Positions 1 through 13,800 of a stretch of 64,000 nucleotides of DNA are shown here, in pieces. The stretch's first letter is position 1; each line of letters starts with the position of its first letter. This DNA comes from Octopus vulgaris. Lineage: Eukaryota. A model generated the notes under the pieces. That model was not told the origin of the DNA. It searched no databases and saw only the letters and a list, made by a program, of their open reading frames with translations. A program made the translations under genes and the position numbers. Location of the stretch: positions 25,606,001 through 25,670,000 of the forward strand of contig OX597827.1 of NCBI GenBank assembly GCA_951406725.2, written 5' to 3'.

Positions 1-894
1 TATATATGCGTGTGTACAATTATGCATAGGTGTGTGTGTACTTCTATTCTTTGTATATATATATATATGAGTGTTTGTATGCTCGAACGTGTGCTAATGT
101 CATTCGCATTATTAAATTCTGCAGTCCGGTTTACCTGTCCATTCATTGTTACATCAGATTTAACACAAATAGCAATCTTAAGCTAAAATATGCCTAGAGT
201 AATGTATAGATACATTTTCAAATATTTCCAATTACAATGTGTTTAGCACATTGTAACTGTCTTAGACTGGGTGGTTGTATTCAACTCTTAACAGACCTAA
301 TGTCTACCCAATAACTATAACGAACAATTCCGATCAAAATTGAAATGGTATACAATTAGAAACACCGAGATATCTCAGTTTTATTTGTATTCTTCAATAT
401 TCGCCTGCAAGATAACTTCATGTAACACCATATATATTAAAGCTACATTAAGCTATTATTTCTCTAAGACGGATTCTAATTATATAATAACAATAATAGA
501 AATGGGCAATGTATTTAAGTCTGAGAACTTTTACTTGCTCAAGCTGCAACTCAGCTATGATTTTATAAACCGTTCAAAGTTGATCTTTCTGCCGTTTTCT
601 CAAGTGATGTCGTACCCCACTTTATACAGGATACGAAAGAAAACCCTCCCATAATGGACACGGCCTTTGAAATGGCACAAATAAAGTTAAACTGATTGTA
701 TTGGTGTCTTCAAGGTGGTGATGTTACATCGTTTATTTTTCAGCTAGCATTTTGGTTTGGACCCGATTACAGCGAACATTCGCTGCACGAACGTTCACCA
801 AGAATGGTTAATCCCGGGTTTTTGCCTGTTTATTCAATGTGATTTTCCCTCTTTCTAAGAGAAAGATTTATGAGCAATATTTATCTGATATCTG

Positions 895-1027
895 CCGCCG
901 AGGTCCACTTTGCTTTTCCTCCTTTCGCATTCGATAAAATAAAACCCAACTGAGCACTGGGTTCGATGTAAACGATTTACACTCACCCCCGAAATTGCTG
1001 GCCTTGTGCCAAAATTTGAAACCAATA
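895..1027 (+). mobile_element. 5'-truncated tRNA-derived SINE, family C
   Basis: Matches the body and tail of the copies at 21012, 24016 and 57503 (ccgccgagg..ctttgc; aaattgctggccttgtgccaaaatttgaaacc). Confidence 0.8.
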
Positions 1028-2067
1028 TTTAGCGGATATTTTTAGGATGTCCAGCAACCACGTCGAGACTTTATTGGAAAGGAACTTCGTTTTGAGTTTA
1101 TATATTGTATGAAAGAAAGAGGCTGTCGACTTATTTCATTGGAGATTTAGCAGGGGGTCAATATTTTCCCTTCAGAGATACTAACGCCGATGTAGAAAGA
1201 GACTCAAATCACTCAGCCATATACATATAAAGAATCAATAGCTGTGCTTTAACACCTGCCTACACACGAAAAACATCGAAGTAAAAATAAATGAATTACT
1301 CAGTACTTTTGCAAAACCGTCAGATATTACATCAGTTACGGAGGTTGGCTGCTATTTTATGCGCATCGGCAATGAGTTAACAGAGAAAAAAAAATATACC
1401 TACGCGAGAGGATAGAGGAATGGTCTCATTCTTGAATCCATTGAATAGCACGACGCCCGTTTTCTTATGACAATATTAATGAAGTAGGGGCAGAAAGGGG
1501 TAGGAGATCTGAGGATGACAAAATAAAAAAAAAATGAAGTAACGCAGAAAAGATAGAAACACGATTTCAAGAAAACAAACCCAACTTATTCCAATGTCAG
1601 TTAAAGAAGTGGAGCCCAAATGAAATGATTCGCTTACCATGCACCAATGACGAAATAGGACCCAAATGTACGCATTACGATGCTGGCAGATGCGAGGTGG
1701 GGGGGGATCATTTAATTATGGTTTTATTCAACATATTCTCCTCTCATATTCACATACTTATTGCAACGGTTCGTCAGTTTTTCTAAGCTCTGTGAAAGAA
1801 CCCAGAAGGTTGGGCCCAATCAGGCCTTTCACGATATCCTTAAAACCAAGAACTTTTCAGCATCCCTTCGTATTTATTGAAAAATACTCGCAGAAATATA
1901 CTAACAAGTGATGAGGAGCTTCAAGAGGATGTGGGATGTTTCTCCTCACTTCCCACCTAGGATTATTAGCTCTAGTATAGACGGCGAAAGAGCGGTGAGA
2001 TATGGTTTTTATTCAGCTTTAATACGTGTTTCCACCTGTGTGTAGATTAGAAAAACCTAAATATATA

Positions 2068-2235
2068 GGTGCTGGAGTGGCTGTGTGATAAGTAGCTTGC
2101 TTACCAGCCACATGACTCCGGGTTCAGCCCCACCACGTGACACCTTGGGCAAGTATATTCTACTATAGCCTCGGGCCTACCAAAGCCTTGTTAGTTGTTT
2201 TTAATCGACGGAAACTGAAATAAGACCGTCGTTTC
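2068..2235 (+). mobile_element. tRNA-derived SINE, family A (CORE-like accttgggcaagt), 3'-truncated
   Basis: High similarity to the full copies at 18934 and 29461; B-box-like ggttcagcccc. Confidence 0.85.
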
Positions 2236-2505
2236 ACAACCACTAACCTTAACTGTTCATATTCTGGATCTATAAATCATGTGTAAAAGCGTTTACTGGC
2301 TAAAAGAAGAAGCAAAACTGAAAGAGTCGTAACTGCGTCAGAAAAAATGCCATGCAGTATTTGGTCCGGCTCTTTAAATTCTGAGTCCATCTCCTACTTT
2401 TCATCCTTTCTGTGTTGATAAAGAAGGGTACCACCCGAGTACTGGGATCGACGTAAATGACTTGCCTTGCATTTTTGAAATTGCTGGCTCAGTGCCAAAA
2501 TCAGA

Positions 2506-2572
<67 letters not shown>

Positions 2573-3339
2573 TTGCCTTAAGTGGTTTTGAAATCCACCA
2601 CCCCCGGTGGAATAAGTAGACGAAACTTAGAGGATGTGATGTACAGACGCAGAACAACTGAGTTGAAAGGTGAAGGAAGGTCTGCCACCTCCGCACGAGT
2701 TTGCTGCATACCATCTTCATTGTCTTCAATCAAGGCAAGGCAAAGTCAGAAGGCAAAAAAGATGTTTACTACGTTAAAATACTTCAAACACTTACAAGGT
2801 CTTAACAAGGTTTCTATATTTTATACTCCAATGAAATAAAATTCTAACCCCAACGCTCAAACAAGTTTTCTCTCAATCCCAATACTTTCTATATATCTTT
2901 TTATTTGTTGTTCTTCTATAAAGATCTTTATATCTTCCCGATACCATTAAAAACCCTATTTCATATTTACGCTTCCATCACTTCTAACCCTTACTGTTAC
3001 ACATGTAATGACATCAACGGTCGACTGCTTCACTTTATTCCAACAGTCCTCAAATTCTTTCCTTTAACAATTTAGCTTTTATCATTAAATATTTTTATAT
3101 ATTTCATATTTCATTTTTCTTTCTCTATTTGGATTGTTCGCCGAAGATCCCTCCAAAAACTGAGTTGCTTTACTAGCGGGATTTATGTTGCACCTGAGTC
3201 CTGTTATTGCTCTCAGTACTAGACACGGTTGTGTTAACTTCTTAATAATCTTCATAGGTTAGGTCCCCGTTATCAGTATTCAATAAATTGCCAACATCAC
3301 CCGCATGATCTTCTTTAAATCCCGCTTCATGCATCATTG

Positions 3340-3960
3340 GTAAAAAAACAATTACCGATTCAGACTGTTCCATCCTTAACTACATTTGAAAACAATTTTT
3401 TTGCCAAACTTCAATAAATCATAAAGCTTCCAAATTCCAATGAACCTACGAACCTTTAATATTGTATTTTTGTATAGTGTTATGTTTTTTTTTTCAGGAC
3501 TCTTCATCGGTGTAGTGTTTGTTATCAATCAATTTCATCAACTGGTTTACAGTTCTTCAAAGATGATATGCCATGAAAACGGAAATAACTCCATGATCCA
3601 TAATCTGCAGCGGGGAAATTGTGCCCGGTGGAATGGAAACGATTTCAGCAGATACCCAAGCGTTAAGAATCAAATTTTGAAAGATGCCTTGGTGCAGAAA
3701 CTCTTTGGGTTCAAAGTTATACTCCACACCACGCTGTGACATTTAAAGGGAGGTGCCAGTGTTCATCGAACCGTCCCTGTATAACCCATGCTTTTCTATT
3801 AATTATTTGATTAGGGAGCAGTGTAAAGATGGAGTCCTTCCGCATTAGTCTTGGGGTGCTGAAACGATAAACAGGCGGTTGCTGAAATTTCAAGTATCCA
3901 GTGATATTTGTTCTAAACAACATTTGCTTTGGTGACATTTTCCTTATACAGATAATATTT
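3340..3960 (-). pseudogene. Degraded pogo/Tigger DDE transposase fragment
   Basis: Minus-strand peptides YLKFQQPPVYRFSTPR..NRKAWVIQGRFDEHW and IPPGTISPLQIMDHGVISVFMAY match the DDE_1 motifs NxKAWxT and LPPNTTSxLQPMDQGVI; frameshifted. Confidence 0.75.
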
Positions 3961-4225
3961 TCAGATGATAAACCGATGTAAAAGTTATTGCAAGAGAAAA
4001 ACTTATTTACTAACCTACTCTAAATTTTCTCCAGTTAAACACACGACATCACTTAGTATGTCTGCTGGTGTAGTTCTTTAAATGGAGCCCACTTTTATTA
4101 TTTTATTGATGTCGTACACCCAGGAACTAGTTAAAACGGAAATTGATTCAACGGGACATTGACTGCTAGCATTGTCATAAACGCTGAATTATTGTGGTAG
4201 ATATGGTAACAAATATTGAAAGTGT

Positions 4226-4500
4226 GAAGGCGTATGGCCTAATGGTAAGGATATTGCACTCACGATCGCTAGACCATGGGCTCAATTCCCGTACCGTGCC
4301 CTCATATTGTCTTCTTGATTTAAACACTTAATTTCACGTTGCTCCAGTCCACTCAGCTGTAAATAGGTCATCATGTTACGGAATAGTGGGGACATTGGTC
4401 TGCTCGCTTAGTCAGCGGGGTGGCGTTATTCGAAAACAAAAACAATATGAAACGCATTGTGACCAGCGGTGTAGAACAACATCCGATAGTCTGCTCGATG
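4226..4500 (+). mobile_element. tRNA-derived SINE, family B head with tail shared with the 15044 copy
   Basis: gaaggcgtatggcctaatggt head; central gttgctccagtccactcagctg; tail ctgctcgcttag.cagcggggtggcg. Confidence 0.8.
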
Positions 4501-4829
4501 CTATAAAAACAGTGATAGTGAAAGTAGTCAAGTACTAATGGCTTTTATCGATCTGGAGATATAAACGACTAAGTCAGTTAAAACGTTCATCTGTGTGTTA
4601 TGGTTATTGGTTCTTTGCGCATTGACTCCACATTCTTGCTTGTCGTGGCCGGGGAGTGTGTGCGGAGGAAGCGATTTGTTGTGCGGCAATTTGGACACTG
4701 ACTTCTTGGTTCTTTCTTCGAGCCGATTTTTGTGTTTATTTAGTATGTGTGTGTATGTGTATGGGTGTGTGTGTGTGTGTGTGTGTGTACGCGCGCGTGT
4801 GAGTATGTGTCTATGTCTGTGTGTGTAAT

Positions 4830-4868
<39 letters not shown>

Positions 4869-5076
4869 GTTGGGAGCGCCATCAGTCCCATTAATTCACT
4901 AGCTGGTTATTTACGGTTCCGAAGTGAAGAACGGCAAATTTGTATCCGACAAGTTTGAATTGAGGACACAAGTAGATGGAATATCCGAGGCTTCTCGTAT
5001 AAAATTTCCTTTTCCTTGTTATAGGCATTAAGGAATCTGATAAAAATTGAATTATAATTCTTGTATATTTGCCAGT

Positions 5077-5310
5077 GAGAGCGCATGGCTTAGTGGTTAG
5101 GGCGTTGTTGCACTTACAATCGCGAGATCATGTTTTCAATTCCTAGACCGCATGGCGCGTTGTGTTCTTGAGCAAAACATTTCCTCTCACGTTGCGCTGC
5201 GATCACTTTGACACCTGAAGCGTGGTAGACTTGTGCACCTGTTCAGACAAGGGCGATTTGATGGATGGAGTGAACGCTCATTTGTCGTCTTCGACGGGAG
5301 TGTCCATCAT
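5077..5310 (+). mobile_element. tRNA-derived SINE, family B
   Basis: gcgcatggcttagtggttaggg A-box head; tgtgttcttgagcaa central block. Confidence 0.75.
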
Positions 5311-6761
5311 ATCTGTCCATAACCACATTTCCTGATATTACCCACAAAGCACAAAATCACTTCCAAAGTTACCCATCGTATGAAGGGAAACACTATAGTA
5401 TTTAGATTTACATATAGAAGCGGAGGATTACAAATGTAAATTGGTCATTCTTTGTAATAAATAGCCAATTTTGGACCAATTGGATAGTGCGTCGGACAAA
5501 ATACTTGTCGCAATCAAATTTCCTTTAGGTTACCGGACACAGTCACGACCAGACCCGAAAGTATTGTCAAAAGTTGGTTTTGTTGGTTGATTTGACGGGG
5601 AGACTTGGGTGAGTTAGTGAATGAAAATGTGAAGAAGTAACGGAACAACACCCGAGAACATTTAAGAGAAGGTTTTTATTGTTGCACTCCGGGTTTAACT
5701 GAGCTGCTCTTTTACAGATACTAAGCAGCAATAATAACATACAAGGAGAGGCATAATGTTTGGAGTTAACTGCAGGCTTACTGATAGAGAAACATGTGAC
5801 CGGCCTGTCATAACTGGAAACAACAGCGCTATATTCGTGGCGTCGGAGATTCGTGTCGACTATCTACCATCTGTCTTAACTGTTTAGCTGTATCGAGAAT
5901 GGAGGCACAACGCACCCCTGCTTCAACGTTCCGAAATTACCGCTAAAAGCACAAGGAGAAGATTCTAGAAGACTGAATGACGAGATGTCTTGACGCTGAT
6001 TGGTTGCTTAATAAACCGATCACGTGAAACTACTGTGGTTAATTGTGATGCATGACCGCCTACCTAGCAGTTCGGTTTGAAATCACCGCTACAGTATCAC
6101 GGATGGAGGTGAAAAAGAATAGTGCTTTCCACCTTGTGGCTACCATGGAGCTATATCCCAAGTTTCACCTCTCAAATGACACAAACACACACGTATACAC
6201 ACATAAATGGAGACATAGAGAGACACATACATGCATAACTGATTAATTATATGTAATTTGTGCATTTTGTGCTGCAGTCTTTTAAACTTCCGAAAAATTC
6301 TCAGGGGTTCAACTCTGAGATGCACTGAGCTCGCTTATGTCCTTGAAGAATGTCTCACAGAATGGCGCTAAACCAAGGACCAAAGCTTGCTAACAAAGTC
6401 AATCAATTCATCCGAAATAAATTACTCTCATTATTGATAGGGTGTACGATTTAGTTTTTATTATGATATGTTTGAAAATAAAATCAAATATGTAAAATAA
6501 TTTCTATGCTTTCCATTTTAAATTTGCTCTAACGGAACTGATCGGAGAGTTAACAAAAACAACGACGATAACATCCATTGACTTAAGTCAATAAGTGAGA
6601 GAAAGAGAGAGAGACAGAGTGACAGCGAAAGAGAGGGAGGTAGGGAAGGAGAGGGAGAGACAGAGTGACAGAGACAGAGAAAAAGAGTGAGTGAGAGTCA
6701 TGAATAAAATAGGATTAATATATATTGTACAAAGAATGAGAAGTGATTCTATTTCTTGATG

Positions 6762-7058
6762 TTCCTTGTCGAGCCATGCCTGGCTCATAAGGGCCGGTTT
6801 CCCGGTTTCTTGGCGTATAGGTTCCCCATCTGGACGGGACGCCGGTCCCTCGCAGGTGAGCTGCAAGATGCAGGAATAAAGAGTGAGAGAAAGGTGTGGC
6901 GAAAGAGTCAGCAGAAGTTCGCCATTACCTTCTGCCGGAGTCGCGTGGAGCTTAGGTGTTTCGCTCATAAACACACACATCACCCGATCTGAGATTCGAA
7001 TCCGCTATCCCTCGAACGCGAGTCCGCTGCTTTAACTACTAGGCCATGTGCCCCCACG
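6762..7058 (-). mobile_element. tRNA-derived SINE with 11-bp TSD
   Basis: Head and body match 15044 (gcagcggactcgcg, gagcgaaaacacctaa); flanked by direct repeat atttcttgatg at 6751-6761 and 7059-7069. Confidence 0.85.
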
Positions 7059-7494
7059 ATTTCTTGATGACACTGTAAAAACGGATCATTGTGAGGTTTG
7101 GTTGCATTTTGTAAAAATAGACAATCAAATAAGGAAAAATGTCTATCGTATATCTGAATTAAAGAGGAAATGAATTTTAATTTATGGTTGCGTGCTTGCT
7201 AAAAATGTTACAAGGGACTAAACACTTTTGTTCAAAAATAAGTCTACAGTGATGTAATTCTATTACTTTCAACTGTAAGAAGTGTAGAGTGCTGCCCAAA
7301 ATAACATGGAAGTAAAAGATCGTGTACATTAAACTGTTAATGGATATGTGTAGGGAAGCAGCCGTTAAGGAGACTGAAATACAATATATTGAGCTAGAAA
7401 TAATATATTTACAAGTGCAAACCTGAACACACACGAGCACTTCAAGCGCACCGCATATATTTCTGTGTTTCTATATATGCGTTATTTCATATGA

Positions 7495-7564
<70 letters not shown>

Positions 7565-7598
7565 GATATATATATATATAATATATATATATTTATGT

Positions 7599-7696
<98 letters not shown>

Positions 7697-7863
7697 GTAT
7701 ATATGTATGTGTATATATATATATACAGTGAGAGAGAGAATGCGTGGGCGAGAGATAGATAGAGAGAGAAAGAGAGGGGTGGATAAAGAGAAGTATTTCA
7801 ATTTGCAGAAATTTAAGTGGAGTCTGTACCAGAATTTTCGTGCAATCTCTCTATTTCTCCCCA

Positions 7864-7922
<59 letters not shown>

Positions 7923-8010
7923 GTCTGTGTGTATATATAATTATATATACACACACACGCATGCACACACACACACATACACACAGACATGCACACGCCT
8001 ATATGTAGCA
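7495..8010. repeat. Compound (TA)n/(GA)n/(CT)n/(CA)n microsatellite block
   Basis: Seen directly. Confidence 0.95.
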
Positions 8011-8269
8011 GAATAATAAAAAGAATGTTCTTGGTACAGTATTATATATATGTTTGAAAATATGCGGGGGATATGTTTTATTTTAATCTTAATAATAATG
8101 TTTATAGTGAGTTAGTCTGATATGAGTTTTGAGCCGTTTTCTAGTTCACTGTAAGCATTTATTATTAAGATTAAAATAAAAAATACATTGTCCCCCCAAG
8201 AAAGACATCTCTACATATACACATAGAGTGGCTGCATGTGTGCAAAATATATATAGAATATATGTATAT

Positions 8270-8475
<206 letters not shown>

Positions 8476-9087
8476 ATATATATGTGTGTGTGTGTGTATG
8501 TGTATGTGTGTCTTTGCTAATGTATGTGAGAGAGAGGGGGAGATAGAACGAGAGAGACAGGGAGAGAGAGAGAGAGTAAAATATTTATGTAACTTGAAAA
8601 GCTTCATAGTTACTTCAAAGATTCCCCTTAATTGTAATCGAATGGCTGAGGCATTGGATTTTCAAGCCATAATTATTCACACACACATTTATATATATAT
8701 AAATCTCTGATGATTCACCAGAAGCGATAAATTATAGTGCTCAATGCAAATGTAGAGTATTCTTAAATACATTACAACGAAAGGACCCGATTTCCAGTAC
8801 TGAGAGTTACTCGTTTTAAATATTCTGCTGGAAAACTGAGCCTGGGTTTCTTCTGAAATACCCATTTTGTGAGAATATTTTTAAAATATGAAATGAGAGT
8901 TTGAAAACAACACTTACCCTTATATTCTTTTTCTACTCTAGGCACAAGGCTCGAATTTTTGGGGAGGGGGCCAGTCAATTAGCTCGACCCTAGTATATAT
9001 ATCATAACCTACAATTACTCCGGGTTAAAAGAGATAACCTGCCTTCCATTAGTTCATGAAAAAATAAAAACCGTGATACACACATAC

Positions 9088-9138
<51 letters not shown>

Positions 9139-9149
9139 CGAGGAAAACT

Positions 9150-9382
9150 TAGATTAACCAGCACATTGATAGGACTACATTTTAAAGCATATTTATTGAT
9201 ACAATGAAAGACAATACAAACTTAACAGCTGTTTCTGATCAAAATACCAGAATGCAGTCTAGACATAAGTGCCAGAATAAAATTCCTCATCTTCATAGGG
9301 CATTAGAATTAGATTTGTATTGTCTTGCATTGTATCAATAAATATGCTTTAAAATGTAATCTTATCGATGCGCTGATTAATC
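9150..9382 (-). mobile_element. Fold-back mini-element with degenerate hammerhead (Penelope-like)
   Basis: About 70-bp inverted arms (agattaaccagcac...gacaatacaaa / tttgtattgtc...gctgattaatct); the loop reads on minus CTATGAAGA...GATCA-GAAAC-AGCT-GTT. Confidence 0.6.
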
Positions 9383-9546
9383 TTTTTTTTTCTCCATTTT
9401 CTAATTATTTGCATTGGTTCTTCCTGCTGTTACCTGCGCTCGACGTATATGGTGTCCTTACAATCTATTGTGTGGGGTTAATACAGGTAACGGATACTGA
9501 TAGTATATACGGATATTTTATCCCTTAGTCGGTTACTACAACCGCT

Positions 9547-9619
<73 letters not shown>

Positions 9620-9631
9620 TTGATAAAGACC

Positions 9632-9823
9632 TAAAAACGGTAAGATAACAAAAGAAAGAAAGAGACTTCGATATTATGTAAATAGAGGAGTTTATCTGTA
9701 AATGTAATATGTGACAATTATTCGGTAGCCATGATAACTGAAGAGATGGCGGCGTGGATTTCCACTTCGGCATCCGAGACTCGGAGTTTTATCATGGCTA
9801 CCGAATAATTGTCATATTACATT

Positions 9824-9827
<4 letters not shown>
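9632..9827 (+). mobile_element. Fold-back mini-element with hammerhead motif (9728-9798)
   Basis: Arms 9697-9737 and 9789-9827; CTGAAGA-GATGGCG..CGGCATC-C-GAGAC-TCGGA-GTT; flanked by (TA)n; family also at 11920-12420 and 61800-61915. Confidence 0.7.
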
Positions 9828-9864
<37 letters not shown>

Positions 9865-10193
9865 ACAGACTGGTATATATGTTATATATGTATATGGGGT
9901 TGCGGCACTAGGTTTTAGAATTTGCTACAGGTAAATTTATCTGTAGAACAAATATTATTCACAACAGTCAGTTCATAAACATACATATATATTTCGATTA
10001 CACATCAAAGAATGTCAAAAAGCCAAGAATGTAATATTGCTACAGTAGAAAATTTTCTGTCGTTTAAATCAATAATTGTGAACTAAATGTAAATTAGAAA
10101 TCTGCGATTGTACTCTTACTACCTTTACGCGCTCACATACACATTGGCGCACACGCAAACATGCACATACACAAGCATACACATTCACACACG

Positions 10194-10224
<31 letters not shown>

Positions 10225-10900
10225 TATTGCAATCTCTGAGTCTCCATCACTATTTCACTCTCTCCACCCTCTCTTCCTTCTCTTCCTCTAAACATCATTA
10301 GAGAGCGAATTTTCCTTGCTTTTATTTCACTCAAGTCATTTCGCTGTTGTTGTTCCTAATTATTGAAAACAACTGTGACGCGTATATGAAAAATCAATAT
10401 TCGAAACACTAATGTAGTTTTTGGTATTTTAAACTCACATATCTTACACAGCAGTGCTTCTATTTGTCCTGAAGTATTTTTCTTGTTTTGATTTTGTTTT
10501 TAGAATTATTAAAGTAAATATTAGAGAAGTGAAACCCCTAGCAACGATAGTAAACAATCACATCTATTTTAATAAGTTTCTTCATGTGTGATTTTTCTGT
10601 CATTGTTGGGAGAGGCGCTAAGAAGAATAAATAAGTAGGTTGAGTCGAGTAATACCGGACTATGAAAAACGAGCTGGTTTCCAGTGATTCAGTGAACACC
10701 TTCTCATATTGTAACAGCCTATTATTTTTTAACAATCATTAGTTCCAAGAGACGAAGCGAATAAGCTAATGTTTAATATATAGCTTTTGTCATTTACAAG
10801 ACACACACTCACACACATATATACATACATACATAATACATACATACATACATACATACATACATACTTACGTACGTACGTACGTACATACATACATACA

Positions 10901-10987
<87 letters not shown>

Positions 10988-10989
<2 letters not shown>

Positions 10990-11370
10990 CGGTTTTGGTT
11001 TGTAAGATTTTTAATGTGAATTCGTGTGTTGAAAGAAAAACTATTGAACCTTTGAAGGGGCATCATGCTAGTAATAATAAACACACGCACTGGTTCAGTC
11101 CATTATTGTTATTGTTAGTTAATGGGTTAGTTACTCCGTTAACCAATTTATTGATCAGCAGCTTCTTACTAGTTTCTCAAACAGTTAATCATTCAAACGT
11201 TCAGTATTGTTGGTGTTGTCATTTCTTTTTTTTGTCAAGTAATTATTTCATCGCATTGTTGCAATCTCTTCAGTGACACGTCTCTCTACTTCCATTAACT
11301 AACAATATCAATAAAGGACCGAACCAGTGCGTGTGTTTATTATTACAGGCGTAATGTCCTTCCCAAGGTT

Positions 11371-11376
<6 letters not shown>
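10988..11376 (-). mobile_element. Fold-back mini-element in (TA)n with hammerhead motif (11234-11277)
   Basis: About 60-bp inverted arms 11042-11101 and 11316-11375; minus GTCA-CTGAAGA-GATTGCA-ACAA-TGCGAT-GAAA-TAATTA-CT-TGAC; left end shared with 55575. Confidence 0.7.
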
Positions 11377-11425
<49 letters not shown>

Positions 11426-11833
11426 CATTTGTTTCTTTCTTTCTCACCGTTGTAACTGGATCAAGGAAGTCGTGTTCTTGTCTGTCTCCTCTCCAAGCTT
11501 GATTTACACGTTCACCACCACAACCTCGTTTAGGCTTAACAACTCTTCCTGTTTGTTTTCACTGTTGTTTGTGTTACCTATTTTGACCCTCCGCAAAAAT
11601 CCCAAATTTCATTTAATTTGCTTTGCAGGAGCAACTGTTTTATTGAAAACGTATATTGTTGTTAAATACGAGAATAGAAAAACAGCCAACAATTGATGAA
11701 GGGTCGTTCTTTTTTATTGTTTCTCTTGTTTTCCATTTGTGTCGTTCGTTATTCGAAAAAATAGTTCATATTCCATGTACTCGTACTTCGTATTTTTTGT
11801 TGTACACGTTTCGTGACGTCCTGTGCCCATATA

Positions 11834-11892
<59 letters not shown>

Positions 11893-11917
11893 GTATAGAT
11901 GTATGTACATATACGTA

Positions 11918-12073
11918 TGTAATATAATATGTGACAATTATTCGGTTGCCATAAGAAAACTCCGAGTTTGGGATGTCGGGGTGGAAATCTGCTCCGGCAT
12001 CTCGTTAGTTATTAAGACAAACAAAAAACGCTATGAAGAGGACCGTTAGACAATATAATTGTGCATGTATGGG

Positions 12074-12104
<31 letters not shown>

Positions 12105-12425
12105 GTGTGTGCGCGCGGATATGTATATATATGTACATGTGTATGGTTGCATGTATGTGTTTGACGCAAGTGTGAGTGAGTATATGCATATATGCACAAA
12201 TACGTGGGCGTGTCGTGCGCGCATGCTTATATATGTATATGCACTTATACGCGAGTTCTATGAGCGTTTTTTACTTTCTTCCCTTTTGTTTGTCTTAATA
12301 ACGGTCATCTCCATAGTAATTTCCCTTTGTTTAACAGTCATTTTCAATTGTCACATGTTATATTACAGATAAATTCCTCTATTTACATAATAGCGAGGTC
12401 TCATTCATTCTTTTGTTGTCATACT
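11918..12425. mobile_element. Degenerate copy of the 9632 fold-back family with a microsatellite-filled loop
   Basis: Left arm tgtgacaattattcgg..ccggcatctcgttagttattaagacaaacaaaa; right arm tttgtttgtcttaataac..attgtcaca..ctctatttacataata. Confidence 0.6.
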
Positions 12426-12432
12426 ATTACTA

Positions 12433-12506
<74 letters not shown>

Positions 12507-12830
12507 CGATCTAATTGATTTAATGAAGAGTATGACAATTGCTTATTAAAGAGTTGTAAAATTGAGATGGAACAAGCGAAGGAGTTAGTTTTATAATGAA
12601 AGGTAATGTTTACTACCATTTCCACATGGCTGTTCTGTACGGAACACCTTTACTACTTAACGGAACAGCCATGTGGATGTGGCAGCAAACATTAATTTCC
12701 GGTATAATTACTTGCATTTCTCATAGATATCTTAGAACGAGTGACTTTCTTGTTGCAAAATTAGCGATTGAAAGTCGCTAATTTTATGTTGCCAGTTGGA
12801 GTGAACGACGGCCATCTTTAACAGACAGGC

Positions 12831-12881
12831 GCAGTACTGAAGATGGACAAGAAATATCCTGAAACGAGACTGTTCTACTGC
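12831..12881 (+). ncRNA. Type-I hammerhead ribozyme-like motif
   Basis: Stem I GCAGTA/TACTGC (6 bp); CTGAAGA; stem II GGA..TCC; GAAAC..GTTC. Confidence 0.55.
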
Positions 12882-13119
12882 TCCTCTCAAATCGCTACAA
12901 GATGTTATGGGTTCGCACCCCTGCTTGCAATATATCGGACATAGTTGTATCGTTAACCAGCTGGAGACGATGTTCTCCTGGGGCTAAAAATAGTAGTAAC
13001 ATCTTCCATATAGAACAGCCATATTGATCTGGTAACAAACATTAGTTTAAAGTAAACATGAGTTTTCTTTTTAGCGCTAATGATCGGGATCTTCTTCCAA
13101 AACTATTTAGTAAATACCT

Positions 13120-13330
13120 TACGGAGATGTACTTGCATAGCAAGTGATTTGATCTGAGATCGTGTGCTGGAATGAAAACAATTGCAGCGTGGAAGGTGTT
13201 TGTAAGCCATTTAAGAAACACACAAAAGCCGTTCGATTCACTTCAACATTTAAGTTTAATATGTCAAAGTATTTTCGTCGCTAAAATCCGCGACCTCTTC
13301 ACTGACAAAAATCCGTGCTGCATCTCCGTG
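13120..13330 (-). mobile_element. ~210-bp element with short TIRs, 13-bp TSD and internal hammerhead-like motif
   Basis: TIR acggagatgta/tgcatctccgt; TSD ttagtaaat(a/g)cct at 13107-13119 and 13331-13343; motif at 13263-13306. Confidence 0.75.
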
Positions 13331-13584
13331 TTAGTAAATGCCTCTTCTTAGGTAAAAATGATACAGACATCATGACATCAGAGATTGTGTGGTAACATGT
13401 GTCTTTTCAGACACACCATTAAAAAGGAAACAGTTATTACATGTTTCGTAGTCATCTTGCGTTGATTTATTTAATCGTAAATGTCTAATTAAAATGTCTC
13501 ATCATATACAAACCTAGTTACTTGTAAACATGTAAACCATTTGAAGGTACTATTTATACAAATATAGGTTTCCTTCCAGTTGTA

Positions 13585-13800
13585 TATTTAAGAAATGAGG
13601 AATTATGTACATTATTTACATTATTTACATTTGTCCTAATGTTGTTTGTTGTTAACATAACGTTTCGGCTGATATACCTTCCAGCCTTCCCTAAGACAGC
13701 TGATGAAGGCTGGAGGGTATAACAGCCGAAACATTGTGTTAACAACAAGCAAGATGAGGACAAATATTTGTCAAATGTAAATAATATAAATAATGTAAAG
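13585..13800 (+). mobile_element. Penelope-like fold-back terminus with hammerhead motif (13694-13742)
   Basis: Inverted arms around 13690; CTGATGA-A-GGCTG..CAGCC-GAAAC-ATT-GTGTT; same family at 18010-18145. Confidence 0.75.

Noticed and set aside
2590-2800. Possible piggyBac C-terminal remnant
   Set aside because: The similarity is too weak to support
5506-6093. Possible solo LTR (tgtcgc...gctaca, AATAAA on minus)
   Set aside because: No TSD, PBS, PPT or second copy; cannot be supported
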